This document shows positions 20,901-27,085 of a stretch of DNA of 32,747 nucleotides, in pieces. The notes beneath the pieces are model-generated. The model did no database searches and was not told the origin of the DNA. It saw only the letters and a program-made list of their open reading frames with translations. This stretch comes from Candidatus Micrarchaeota archaeon (lineage in GTDB: Archaea; Micrarchaeota; Micrarchaeia; Norongarragalinales; SBBD01): assembly GCA_043813365.1 (NCBI GenBank), contig JBDRLB010000019.1, positions 1 through 32,747 on the forward strand, in the 5' to 3' direction. Numbering within the stretch: the first letter of the stretch is position 1; each line of letters begins with the position of its first letter. The translations under genes and the position numbers were made by a program.

Positions 20901-21566
20901 AATATCATCCGTAACGGTTCCCGTTGTCGGGCAGTATTGGTCCGCCTCAAATCCGCAAGAGCACGAATCAAGGTCGCAGTACCCGCCGTAATGGCAGTAG
21001 TCATCTAGCAGATAAGGTTTGCAAGCCTCCTGATTCTCTGCGGAGCATTCGTCCGGGGGAACAGTGCATTGGGGCGTCGGTGAAGGCGAGGGGCTCGGGG
21101 ATGCTATTGGCTCGCAATTAACATCAGCCTGGCACATGCTTTCCCCTTCCCCTTCAACGCTCACGCATTGGAATGCATCGTTGCAAACGGAATGGTAAAC
21201 TGGCGGAATGGAGGGCGACGGAGAAGGTACTATCGAAGGCTGGCAGTCCGCATCAGCTGTGCAATCATTGTCGCCTGCACCCTCAACGGATGCGCAGATG
21301 TAATTCGGAGTGCACTCGGAATGGTAAACAGGAGGGATGCTTGGTGAAGGGCTCGGGGAAATCGAGGGCGTAGGAGTCGGGGAAGGGCATGGCGAAGGGG
21401 TGCAAAGCAGGAACATCGTCTGGTTACCCCCAGTTGTTTCATTTGTTGTGGCCGAGCTCACGCTAAGCAATATGCCTGCGAATATAATCAGGAGATAAAT
21501 GTGGTAGGACGCAATCAGGTTGCCCAAAGCACCGGATAGCCCAAGCCTGCTTTTCCCTCTTTCCAT
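11997..21566 (-). CDS. Giant acidic, Cys-rich cell-surface protein with tandem Ig-like repeats, an inserted beta-propeller and a C-terminal membrane anchor
   Basis: Hydrophobic signal peptide, PS/PT linkers, 15 repeats of about 105-115 aa, a Ser/Pro-rich stalk, and TM helix YGLLVLAVLGIAFYVL followed by KRKK. GAGGTGGG Shine-Dalgarno. Confidence 0.9.
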   Translation of the reverse strand: MERGKSRLGLSGALGNLIASYHIYLLIIFAGILLSVSSATTNETTGGNQTMFLLCTPSPCPSPTPTPSISPSPSPSIPPVYHSECTPNYICASVEGAGDNDCTADADCQPSIVPSPSPSIPPVYHSVCNDAFQCVSVEGEGESMCQADVNCEPIASPSPSPSPTPQCTVPPDECSAENQEACKPYLLDDYCHYGGYCDLDSCSCGFEADQYCPTTGTVTDDICYYGFQSCTENGCGDRYSSMFCQEGVYYDVCDGTQGPLDLTGPVVTDLVAYPDPTNYKINFHATTTDTCTPINYSEFYFDECGYPGTGYYVYPADDGTYNEEKLVEYISRLDLILANYGIVDGRHDIYVRSQNIAGVWGECSSVPFDMDLIPPEIVRNVTIPYWACAQNPLLISEICDSQSPITYAEYFMDGNWTRLPNGAGYPMFASDGLFDELCEWVNATINNSRFGEGRHCVKLHGRDLAGNWGKMSFQPEVCFVIDRTPPTTVKTIGTPKVRCDYLGDQQEAEACYFVTQSTLISLNTTDFIPADGYYSDNEKIYYRVRYKIDFADPWGAWSSWILYSGPISFSEDSIHEIEYYSIDYCANEERHHFEIDIVDTKPPISEKTLGEPKALCGTGDDCDYFINQQTSITLTCEDQQPHPSDAVVIKYRYKVDDGAFTEWTTYSQPFTYKEDSRHELEWYCEDVLGNVEQKHVEVEKVDSQSPTVEKTVGDPKIECETEPTGGYVCHYYVNQSTLFTLTATDFGHAENKPIKIYYRICTRPDFDVDPESCTEWMEYAGSFSYQEDSYHTLEYYAVDYVGNKGNPIVEADFVDSQPPITEKFVGQPSVECSDDDPLGCDYYITQQTPITFRCVDPQPHPVNDATVYYRYSVDGGAFTEWVVYGEPFTFAEDSKHMLQYYCVDALGNAEQVQTEIDIVETVPPVTTKTVGEPKHACITEEECDWYITQQTPITLAAVDPEPHPVNDVTTWYKYCVSEVEKPYCTGWMIYTGPFAFEEDSRHTLYYYSEDSLGNKEKEQMEVDVVDTQPPSMRKLIGDPKVQGDGFTFITQDTSISIICEDGQPHPVDHVAISYRYRTKEDWKSDWNVWSDFENVDGTNATFTFPEDSIHELEYYCEDILGNVNEHEFETDVVDTQPPESEKTVGDPKLECETGDDCDYFITQQTPITLECIDPEPHPVNDVKINYKYCVTEVDEPFCTDWTVYTEPFTFKEDSRHALEWYCEDALGNKEKVQTEVDKVDSTPPTVEKTVGEPKHQCTPQEECDWYITQQTPITFMATDYSHVKDKPVVITYRYCTQGLSEVLLTVIPCTEWTNYTGPFTFPEDSWHELEYYATDALGNEGQHYYEYDIVETVPPVTIKTVGDPKVECDPQDPNNCDYYINQDTMITLECTDPEPHPVDHVNVYYRYSVDDGQFGQWMLYGEPFSFPEDSKHTLEYYCEDALGNAEQVQSEVDVVDSQPPATVKEVGDPKVECAYDDPLGCDYYITQQTPIAFTCEDPNPHPVGGEQIYYQYMVDDGKWTELMLYDEPFTFPQDSMHTLKYYCIDALGNTEVEQTEIDIVETVPPVVRKVVGDPKVWCDEEPVECEDGSSSYTYTINSDFDMGTLVGLEHDTVADQLQIQAGESDTYPIMWIANAGEDSLSKWDTTNNVELARYHTWFGPLANHDDWSGPAPSRTAVDADGNVYVANRHFDGRPADVIKIYADDWIDRNGNGVIDTSFNADSSGNILPSEMLQMTDSNTNNIIDPSEITDERVAWVSRVGPNNCVGRSLAIDLNGDIWLGCYGSSAYYKLDGDTGAILAGPISTGANTPYGALVDKYGILWGASLGNNLLRLDTNTNAVNLYYHSSYGSNYGVALGYDSGGNTHVYLGSLSGYSYIEYNSGTGTFSTPAAVKFATYGVATDKDGNILVSRSSTAAPYKFASDGSVIWNVATQYSGEGRGIVVDSNNDVWVLLRGNDRMAKYRGSDGGALGVFNTGRGPYTYSDATGLGFRASVRVGTWNVVHDAGEAGSDLGPVSWNANVPEGTELIVKVRSSENHVSWSSWETVTNGGGFATTPNGRYLEVQVSMKGTQEASPILYDLTVQGGCSMPNALCVYITSQTPITLYCDDPNPHPVDQVSIYYRVRYRFDEQSVWGDWGEWIVTQSDQVQFNLPEDSMHEVEYYCKDLLGNIAETQKELDIVDNQGPTVVKTVGDPKVACSDDDPLGCDYYITQSTPISFEATDPLPHPVNSVEVYYRYRIDGGEWSEWYLYEGAIYFAEDSRHELEYYAVDALGNEGPVYREVDVVESVPPVTTKTVGNPKHACEGHEGEEENCDYYITQQTPITLTAVDPEPHPVDNVETYYYYCLGMPDEKTEEFEWCSDEMLYEGPFTFPEDSRHTLFYHSIDELGNEEYTQTEIDIVDTQPPVVRKSMGKPAIPCSELQRDDCHYFITQDTEISLYCEDQYPHPVDHVSIVYRYNVDGGQWTEWMYVDDTMATIQFEEDSVHTIEYYCEDALGNKAITETEIDRVDTTPPETEKLIMGNKTACDEDEECDYYVCRDTTIGFSAPDGGPICHVDGVVTEYRYRIGDGEWSYWIQYDGFTNFSFSEEGIYAIEYRSYDQLNNIETVQSEIDIFDKQPPKVWVLNPTSGRWYHDGEKFSVYAPAIDLGNPASGFKECSFFAIDIHFEELTDNELLEVMRMLKVPGRLDDLLEYLDGRYELVPLGNVPYSDGVCAGSLQIPEESGLTDKAYLVVQITDRSCNTLFDFARDQNKDEILMDIDNTPPMVELVAEEGLDRPLSTGDYFSATLEAVDVDSELLNCYGEVVDEETEATFNFQGVIIDDQHCRIFGTVPNGLPDGSHTMGLYAMDREFNSGSVSTTMMVDNTPPSKAILSPEAGATYGQVMPIIMHASDISGINPDTAQYRVFEDVASLFGIPIGNSTYDSGWRQLKFFEGSDENGNYSADFNTSLEGLEDGKTYFLRARVCDSLFTGTLPSGAEIPPHCSDPEITFKIDLSGPVMPAGVTLSGTSLSWAAATDMTGVDHYNIYLNGNLEGTSTTNTFDTPGKTGTWTVSAVDVLGNEGAKAGVQAPQPTTPPSTNNGYSGSSGNSYVSSSAYSGGDQTPQPAKTKEIAAPTAAPEPEENMVAVIPDSQTPPAKLPPAPNLDVPIVPDTGTNSWATGFFTAASSQWQYGLLVLAVLGIAFYVLKRKK
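13722..20124 (-). repeat. Array of 15 Ig-like protein repeats (about 315-345 bp each)
   Basis: Consensus D/ExxPPxxxKxVGxPKxxC-loop-CxYYITQxTPITxxxxDPxPHPV...W..Y..PFxFxEDSxHxLxYYxxDxLGN, counted by eye. Boundaries approximate. Confidence 0.9.
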
Positions 21567-21952
21567 ACCGACCCACCTCTAGACTTAAGAAAATGAAATG
21601 GAAGAAATAGGAAGAAAATCTCTAAAATTGTGAATAGTGCTGACACGGATTTGAATTTCGAATCCTGATGCTAATCTGTTATAACGCAACTATTCCCACC
21701 CCCTTTTTTATTTGCCGTAGGAGAATTCGTAGGTAAACTATAAAAACGGGTAGGTAACTACTTTGCAGTTACAATATAACAGTATAACATACACTATGAC
21801 TAATAAGGATTATTTCTATTTATTTTAAAAAAAAAGATTTTATTTTCAAAATTCTAATAGTAATACTATTTCGGCTCAGCAGGTTTCTCTTTACCTTCCA
21901 GGTTTCCCTAGTTTGAGGTTCTTCCTGACCCTTTCCAATTAGAGCACGAATA

Positions 21953-22444
21953 TCACTTGGGTTCAGGTGGTTTGCGCTTTACTCTCCACGTCTCAACAAT
22001 TGAAGTCCACTCCCCACCAATGTGGCGCAGGGCTTCGCCGAATTTTGTTGATGTGCGTATTACCATCTCATGCCGTTTATCCTTGTCCGTCATTCCTGTA
22101 GGGTTCTTCCTCTCCCTCGCAAGGAAGCCGCACGCGATCATCCTCGGTATCACAAGGTTCCTCAATGTTGACATCGGAACGCTGTTCTTCGTAGCCCATT
22201 CTGCGACATCGTCCCCGGTTGCTTCTTCGGTTGAGGCAAGGTAAATGAGCAGCTTGCCCGCTATTTCATATTGCATCTTCTTGTATTGTGGAGGAAAAAC
22301 GAGTTTAAGGATGTCATCCGTTTCCCATCTGGCCTGCAGGGACATGGGCAGCTTATTATAATGGAACCATATGCTCTCCTTCGAAGGGATGCCCCTCGAA
22401 GCAGGTTCGCCCGTCTTCCGTATTTCCTTTTTTTCCTCTTCCAT
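21953..22444 (-). CDS. Hypothetical protein with a winged-helix-like segment
   Basis: ATG 22444 preceded by GCGGTGA. VAEWATKNSVPMSTLRNLVIPRMIACGFLARE resembles an HTH plus wing. Confidence 0.65.
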   Translation of the reverse strand: MEEEKKEIRKTGEPASRGIPSKESIWFHYNKLPMSLQARWETDDILKLVFPPQYKKMQYEIAGKLLIYLASTEEATGDDVAEWATKNSVPMSTLRNLVIPRMIACGFLARERKNPTGMTDKDKRHEMVIRTSTKFGEALRHIGGEWTSIVETWRVKRKPPEPK

Positions 22445-22455
22445 AAAAATCACCG

Positions 22456-22845
22456 CTAGATTTTCCGCACGAATCCCTCGCAATCAGCAAGAACGTCCGC
22501 CCAGGACTCGTACCCATATTTAAGCAGGTCAAGGAATTCGTCGTAAACATTGTTGCCCCCCAAAACTCCCCGTTGGGCATATGCCATCGGGCCAAGTGTG
22601 CGGGAAAGGAACCCCTTCACGGAATTGATCGCTTCGAGTGCATCCTCCTTCCCTTCAAGTGCCGAGAAATCCGCCATCCGGATTATTTCCCTATCGGAAA
22701 AGGAGGAGTATTTTTTTGCGAGATCACCATAGCCCATTTCGGGATATGTTTGGATGAGCTCATGGAGCACCAATATATGGGAAAGTGCTTCACGGTAGGG
22801 CGTATTCTTGCTTTTCTTAATAAGCATGGATTTGAATGCGGCCAT
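22456..22845 (-). CDS. Hypothetical protein, probably co-transcribed with the downstream wHTH-like gene
   Basis: 129 aa ORF with a TTTATATA box upstream (near 22879-22887 on the minus strand); ends 11 nt before the next start. Confidence 0.65.
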   Translation of the reverse strand: MAAFKSMLIKKSKNTPYREALSHILVLHELIQTYPEMGYGDLAKKYSSFSDREIIRMADFSALEGKEDALEAINSVKGFLSRTLGPMAYAQRGVLGGNNVYDEFLDLLKYGYESWADVLADCEGFVRKI

Positions 22846-22910
22846 ATTTTGATCAGCAATGGGCTATTCTCAGAGTAAATATATAAACATTGCCATGGTG
22901 TAACGGGAAA

Positions 22911-23291
22911 TTAGTCCTTCTTATCAACGGAAAATGGCGCCACCATGACTGAAGCCGCCAAATACCAGAAAATCAGCGTTAGGAAAAAACCCGCCGGCCG
23001 GAGGTTTTTGGATAATTCCACAAGCGGAATGCGCAAATCATCATTGCCTCCGGTCGTATTTGCAATGATGTCGCTCCCGCCCTCCAGAATATATGGGAAC
23101 CAGAAAATCGGGTTCAGGTGCATCTGGCGCAGGTATGCGGTATCGCAATTGAGCGCTTTCTCCTGTATGCAAAGCACATTGGTTTGATCCGTATGGTAGG
23201 AGCCGATGAAGGGGAAATTTGCCGCCATTGCAACAAGGAAAAAAAGCAGCAGCTTTTCCCAGGATGGCAGGAAAAAATCGGAAAGCATCAT
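22911..23291 (-). CDS. Small membrane protein with two TM segments and a Cys pair in the loop
   Basis: Hydrophobic N- and C-terminal segments flanking a loop with CIQEKALNC. Confidence 0.65.
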   Translation of the reverse strand: MMLSDFFLPSWEKLLLFFLVAMAANFPFIGSYHTDQTNVLCIQEKALNCDTAYLRQMHLNPIFWFPYILEGGSDIIANTTGGNDDLRIPLVELSKNLRPAGFFLTLIFWYLAASVMVAPFSVDKKD

Positions 23292-23296
23292 TTAGG

Positions 23297-23785
23297 TCAC
23301 ATTTTCGAGAGTTTCACGGTGAAGCGGAAATGCCTCGCATCCGACTCCAGGAACTTTAGCGTTTCAAGGGTGAAATCAAGTGCCGCTATTGCCAGCAGCA
23401 CATCAATTGCCGCATCAACGAGCACGAACCGGAGAAGGTTGAAGAAAACATAGGCGAACATTGCGCCGAAGAAAAGCCCGCTTCCTACGGAAAGAATTAC
23501 AAGAGGGCTGCGCGTAACGATCAGGGAGAAATCCTCCTTCTTCGATATGAGCATGTCAATTGCGACCCATAATGTGCCAAAGCATAGGAAGATGGATGCG
23601 ATCGCCATCAGGAAGTTCCCTATTGTAAGTATGAAATATGCGAGATCGGCCCCGCCGGACTGCACTTCCTTCAGAACAAGGAGGAATTCGGGCACGCTTG
23701 TCAAGATTACGGGTTTTGTGAAGCCGAAATATTGAAGGAAAACAACAGCTATAAGGATCAGAATGACGCCAACAGCCTTCTTCAT
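23297..23785 (-). CDS. Hypothetical membrane protein, about 4 TM helices
   Basis: Hydrophobic helices, AGGTGA Shine-Dalgarno, 5 nt upstream of the next gene. Confidence 0.7.
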   Translation of the reverse strand: MKKAVGVILILIAVVFLQYFGFTKPVILTSVPEFLLVLKEVQSGGADLAYFILTIGNFLMAIASIFLCFGTLWVAIDMLISKKEDFSLIVTRSPLVILSVGSGLFFGAMFAYVFFNLLRFVLVDAAIDVLLAIAALDFTLETLKFLESDARHFRFTVKLSKM

Positions 23786-23861
23786 GCGCTCACCTGTTTA
23801 AACTAATTTGCGGGGGTATAATAAGTTTTCTTATGAGGGCAATTGGGGCCGCTCCTGAGGC

Positions 23862-23870
23862 TATTTAAAC
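23862..23870 (+). promoter_or_regulatory. TATA box for the C/D sRNA
   Basis: TATTTAAAC about 25-30 nt upstream of box C. Confidence 0.55.
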
Positions 23871-23890
23871 ATTCCCGGCAATAATGTTCC

Positions 23891-23952
23891 CACATGATGA
23901 CACTGTCCCAGACTGAGCGCAAGCGATGAAGATCGAGGTAGCTACTGACACA
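23891..23952 (+). ncRNA. Box C/D 2'-O-methylation guide sRNA
   Basis: Box C ATGATGA (23894-23900), 12-nt guide, D' CTGA (23913-23916), C' ATGAAGA (23926-23932), 12-nt guide, D CTGA (23945-23948), then a T5 run. Confidence 0.92.
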
Positions 23953-24090
23953 ATTTTTCATGGGATCCTCGATGGGTTTGTTGGAGGGGTGCTACCTCCT
24001 TTTTTATGAATTGCCAGCGGTACCGCCATGAATTGGAATGGATATTGGAATTGCTTTTTTGAAAGCGGCTCAAGTAATTTGAATTATACT

Positions 24091-27018
24091 TTATGCCGCA
24101 GTTGTCGAATTGAGTGCATTCGTGCGGATCCGGAAGCCTGCACCAGCAGCAGTGAAATTTGCATATATGGTTATATTCAGGCGATCGCTTTGGGGAACCG
24201 TCCCCCAGAGCGCCCATGTTGAGTTCCAATTGCCCTCGCCAGAAAGGTCGCAAACGGAGACTGTGTTCGTCACGCCTCCCGTTCCGGATGAATTTGCGCA
24301 GGTACGGACGCCAGTGCCGGCAAGGGATGCATTGAGGTGCATGTAAAAATCGAATGTTGAAGTGCCCGTGTTCAATATTTCATACGCGGGCCAGCCCATT
24401 CCGCTCTGGCAATCGGTTATTCCGTCTGCTGATGCGCATGGCACCACAAGCGCATGGTAGGCGCTGGTTGCATTGAAGAAATATGCTTCCGTGGGGTTGG
24501 AAACTGAAGGATCGGATGTTGTGGAATTGGATTTGCCTGCGCCTAAGGTGAATACAGTGAAGGAAATTGATGCGCTTAGCTCCCATGTTCCGGCATTGCA
24601 TAAATAACCTTCAGAGGAAGCGGTATCAGCGATGCATGCGCCGGTTGAGTTTACGCAATCCGTTGCCGCGCTGCAGCATGCCAAATAAAATGTTTCGCCC
24701 ATCGAGGTATTGCGGATGTTTTCCCCGCCGTCATCGCCGCAGCATTCGCCTTCAGCCTGATAGGCAGTGTAGCCCCCCAATGCATCGGATTCCCCCGTTA
24801 CTGCGCATATTTTGGAGCCTGCAGTATCCCATGAATGGTCGGAAACATCATCGCAGTAGTAGCCGTTGTGGGTGTTGCACGCAACCTGCTCTGCATCTCC
24901 GGAATTGCCGCAAACATCAATGCTGCTGCTGTCAGTTGGGTCGGATCCAAAGCCGGTGCAGCAGGTGGTTGTTGCTGCGCAGACCCCATCAGCGTTGTAA
25001 TCTCCGCCGGAGGTTATTGTTGAATCGCACGCGTTTGATTCGGAGCAGGAACTGCAATCAGCTGCAAAAGCTGCTCCAGTATAGCATACATGCCCAGAAG
25101 TGTCGCACGCATTAGCAGCGCAGATGCCGGTTTGCACGAAACCGCTGCCATCAATTGAATCATCGCATGCGTCTCCTGAAGTATCATCACAACTATAAAC
25201 CATTCCGCTTGCGATATCAGTGTTCGCGCAGCCATCTGTTCCGCAATTGAGCCTTGTTGCGCCGCTTGTCCTGCAGGAGCCGTCAACGCAGGTACCCTCG
25301 TCAGCTGGGCCGGAAGCGGCAGTTGTGTCGCAGATCGCTCCTTCCGCCGAGGCGCAGGAGTTAGTTTCGTCATTCCCACCCCAATCCGTTGCAGAGCAGC
25401 CTGAAAGGCTGCCGCATTCATCCGAGCCTGTTGTGCTTGCAACTATCAAGGAGGTTGTGCAGGTTGATTGGGCGCAGTAGCCGTCCCTTGCATAATCCCC
25501 CCCTGTTGCACCGGAATCGCATTCCCTTCCTGCTGCACAACCTGCATAGTAAGTGCTGCCTGATTTGCCTATAGCGCCGCTTGTGGTGCAGCCGCTTGAG
25601 GTGCAGGTGCCTGTTTGGCCGAAACCAGATCCTTGAATTGCATCATCACATGAATCTCCTGAAGTGGAAGTGCAGCCCACGGCCATGTTGGCATCCGTCA
25701 AGTCGGCATTTGTGCAGGAAGTGCCGCAATTGACCATTATTATGCCGCTGGTACGGCAGGAATCTTCTACGCAAACGCCGCCAGCAGTAGGCCCGGTTGC
25801 TGGTGTAGAATCGCAAAGCGAGCCCTCATTGCCCGTATCGCATCCATCATCCGAATCCGCGTCCGTGAATACGCCCGCGCTGCAGCCTGTTGTAAGGGTG
25901 CCGCATTCGTCGGTGCCTACGGAGCTTGCAACAATTGCGGTTGTTGCGCAAGTGCTGGTGGCGCCGGCGCAGTAGCCGTTCCTAGTGTAACCTAATGAGG
26001 GGGATGTGATGTCCGAATCGCATTCATTTCCAGAAGCGCATCCGGTGCTGTAGGTGCCCGCATTGAGCCTCACGGTTCCGGAAGTAGCGCAGGTGCTGGA
26101 GGCGCATATCCCTTCGGAAGAAAGCGGCACGCCTGTTGCGGGTGTGTTGTCGCAAATGTCTCCGGCTGAAGCGCAACCGCATGAATTGTCCGAGTCAGTC
26201 CAGTCGGGCGAGGAGGCTTCGCTGGAGGAAATCGCACTGGTGCAGCAAGTGGTGGATACGCAAAAACCGTCGCGCACGTACTGAGGCGGAGTGCCTCCAG
26301 TTTGAATGGCGCTGTCGCAGACATAGCCTCCGTTTGCGCAGCCGGTTGTGAATGTTTGGCTTGAGTTCATTACTATGCCACTAGAAGTGCATGCGTTGCT
26401 TGCGCAAATGCCATCCGCATTGTTGCCTGCATCAGTGCTGTCGCAGGATTTGCCTCCGGAATCGCAGCCGCACACAACATCATTCCCAGCAGGTGCGGTT
26501 GTTCCTGAAGATTGTTGGCTATCGCGGACGACGTCAGTGCATTGGTAACCATCTATGTTCCAGTCATAATTCCATCCGCCGGATGTACTTGCGCAATACC
26601 TATCATCCAATGTTGACACACCATTGCAGCAAAAATTACCTCCATCCGATTCCCCCTGCCATGTTTCTGTATACATGCCGTCATCCCCGCAGCAATTATC
26701 AAGGGGACCAGTTGCAATCCAAGTAAACGGCCAAGCATACCCACTTGTGCAAACGGCACCGTATATATCGATTTCGGTGCTGTCACAGCACGCTGCGCAT
26801 GCAAAGGAACTCATATCACACTCGGTCTCTAACCAAGTCGTGCCTGTTAGTGAATACGTGCAGGAACTTCCAAGAGCATTGCAACAAGAATAACCATCGG
26901 CGATTGAGCCTGCCGGGCAATATAAAGCTTCCGCCAGATTTGCCAAAGCAATCAGGACAATTGCTGCCAGTCTTACTGCTTTAAGGAACTTTCTGATCGC
27001 CAAATCAAATTTTTTCAA
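24091..27018 (-). CDS. Secreted, very Cys/Gly/Ser/Thr/Asp-rich repeat protein
   Basis: TTG start behind AAGGAGG, signal peptide ending AEA, many CD...G.C....C.TSG units, N-x-S/T sequons, and no C-terminal TM helix. Confidence 0.85.
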   Translation of the reverse strand: MKKFDLAIRKFLKAVRLAAIVLIALANLAEALYCPAGSIADGYSCCNALGSSCTYSLTGTTWLETECDMSSFACAACCDSTEIDIYGAVCTSGYAWPFTWIATGPLDNCCGDDGMYTETWQGESDGGNFCCNGVSTLDDRYCASTSGGWNYDWNIDGYQCTDVVRDSQQSSGTTAPAGNDVVCGCDSGGKSCDSTDAGNNADGICASNACTSSGIVMNSSQTFTTGCANGGYVCDSAIQTGGTPPQYVRDGFCVSTTCCTSAISSSEASSPDWTDSDNSCGCASAGDICDNTPATGVPLSSEGICASSTCATSGTVRLNAGTYSTGCASGNECDSDITSPSLGYTRNGYCAGATSTCATTAIVASSVGTDECGTLTTGCSAGVFTDADSDDGCDTGNEGSLCDSTPATGPTAGGVCVEDSCRTSGIIMVNCGTSCTNADLTDANMAVGCTSTSGDSCDDAIQGSGFGQTGTCTSSGCTTSGAIGKSGSTYYAGCAAGRECDSGATGGDYARDGYCAQSTCTTSLIVASTTGSDECGSLSGCSATDWGGNDETNSCASAEGAICDTTAASGPADEGTCVDGSCRTSGATRLNCGTDGCANTDIASGMVYSCDDTSGDACDDSIDGSGFVQTGICAANACDTSGHVCYTGAAFAADCSSCSESNACDSTITSGGDYNADGVCAATTTCCTGFGSDPTDSSSIDVCGNSGDAEQVACNTHNGYYCDDVSDHSWDTAGSKICAVTGESDALGGYTAYQAEGECCGDDGGENIRNTSMGETFYLACCSAATDCVNSTGACIADTASSEGYLCNAGTWELSASISFTVFTLGAGKSNSTTSDPSVSNPTEAYFFNATSAYHALVVPCASADGITDCQSGMGWPAYEILNTGTSTFDFYMHLNASLAGTGVRTCANSSGTGGVTNTVSVCDLSGEGNWNSTWALWGTVPQSDRLNITIYANFTAAGAGFRIRTNALNSTTAA

Positions 27019-27085
27019 ATGATCTCCTCCTTGAACCGCATTTTTTCCTGCTTGACCGATAACAATTTCATTTACGTTGAGGGCG

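Noticed and set aside
12218..21373. Long plus-strand ORFs (for example 16956-18317, 453 aa)
   Set aside because: These are antisense shadows of the giant gene with no motifs or translation signals.
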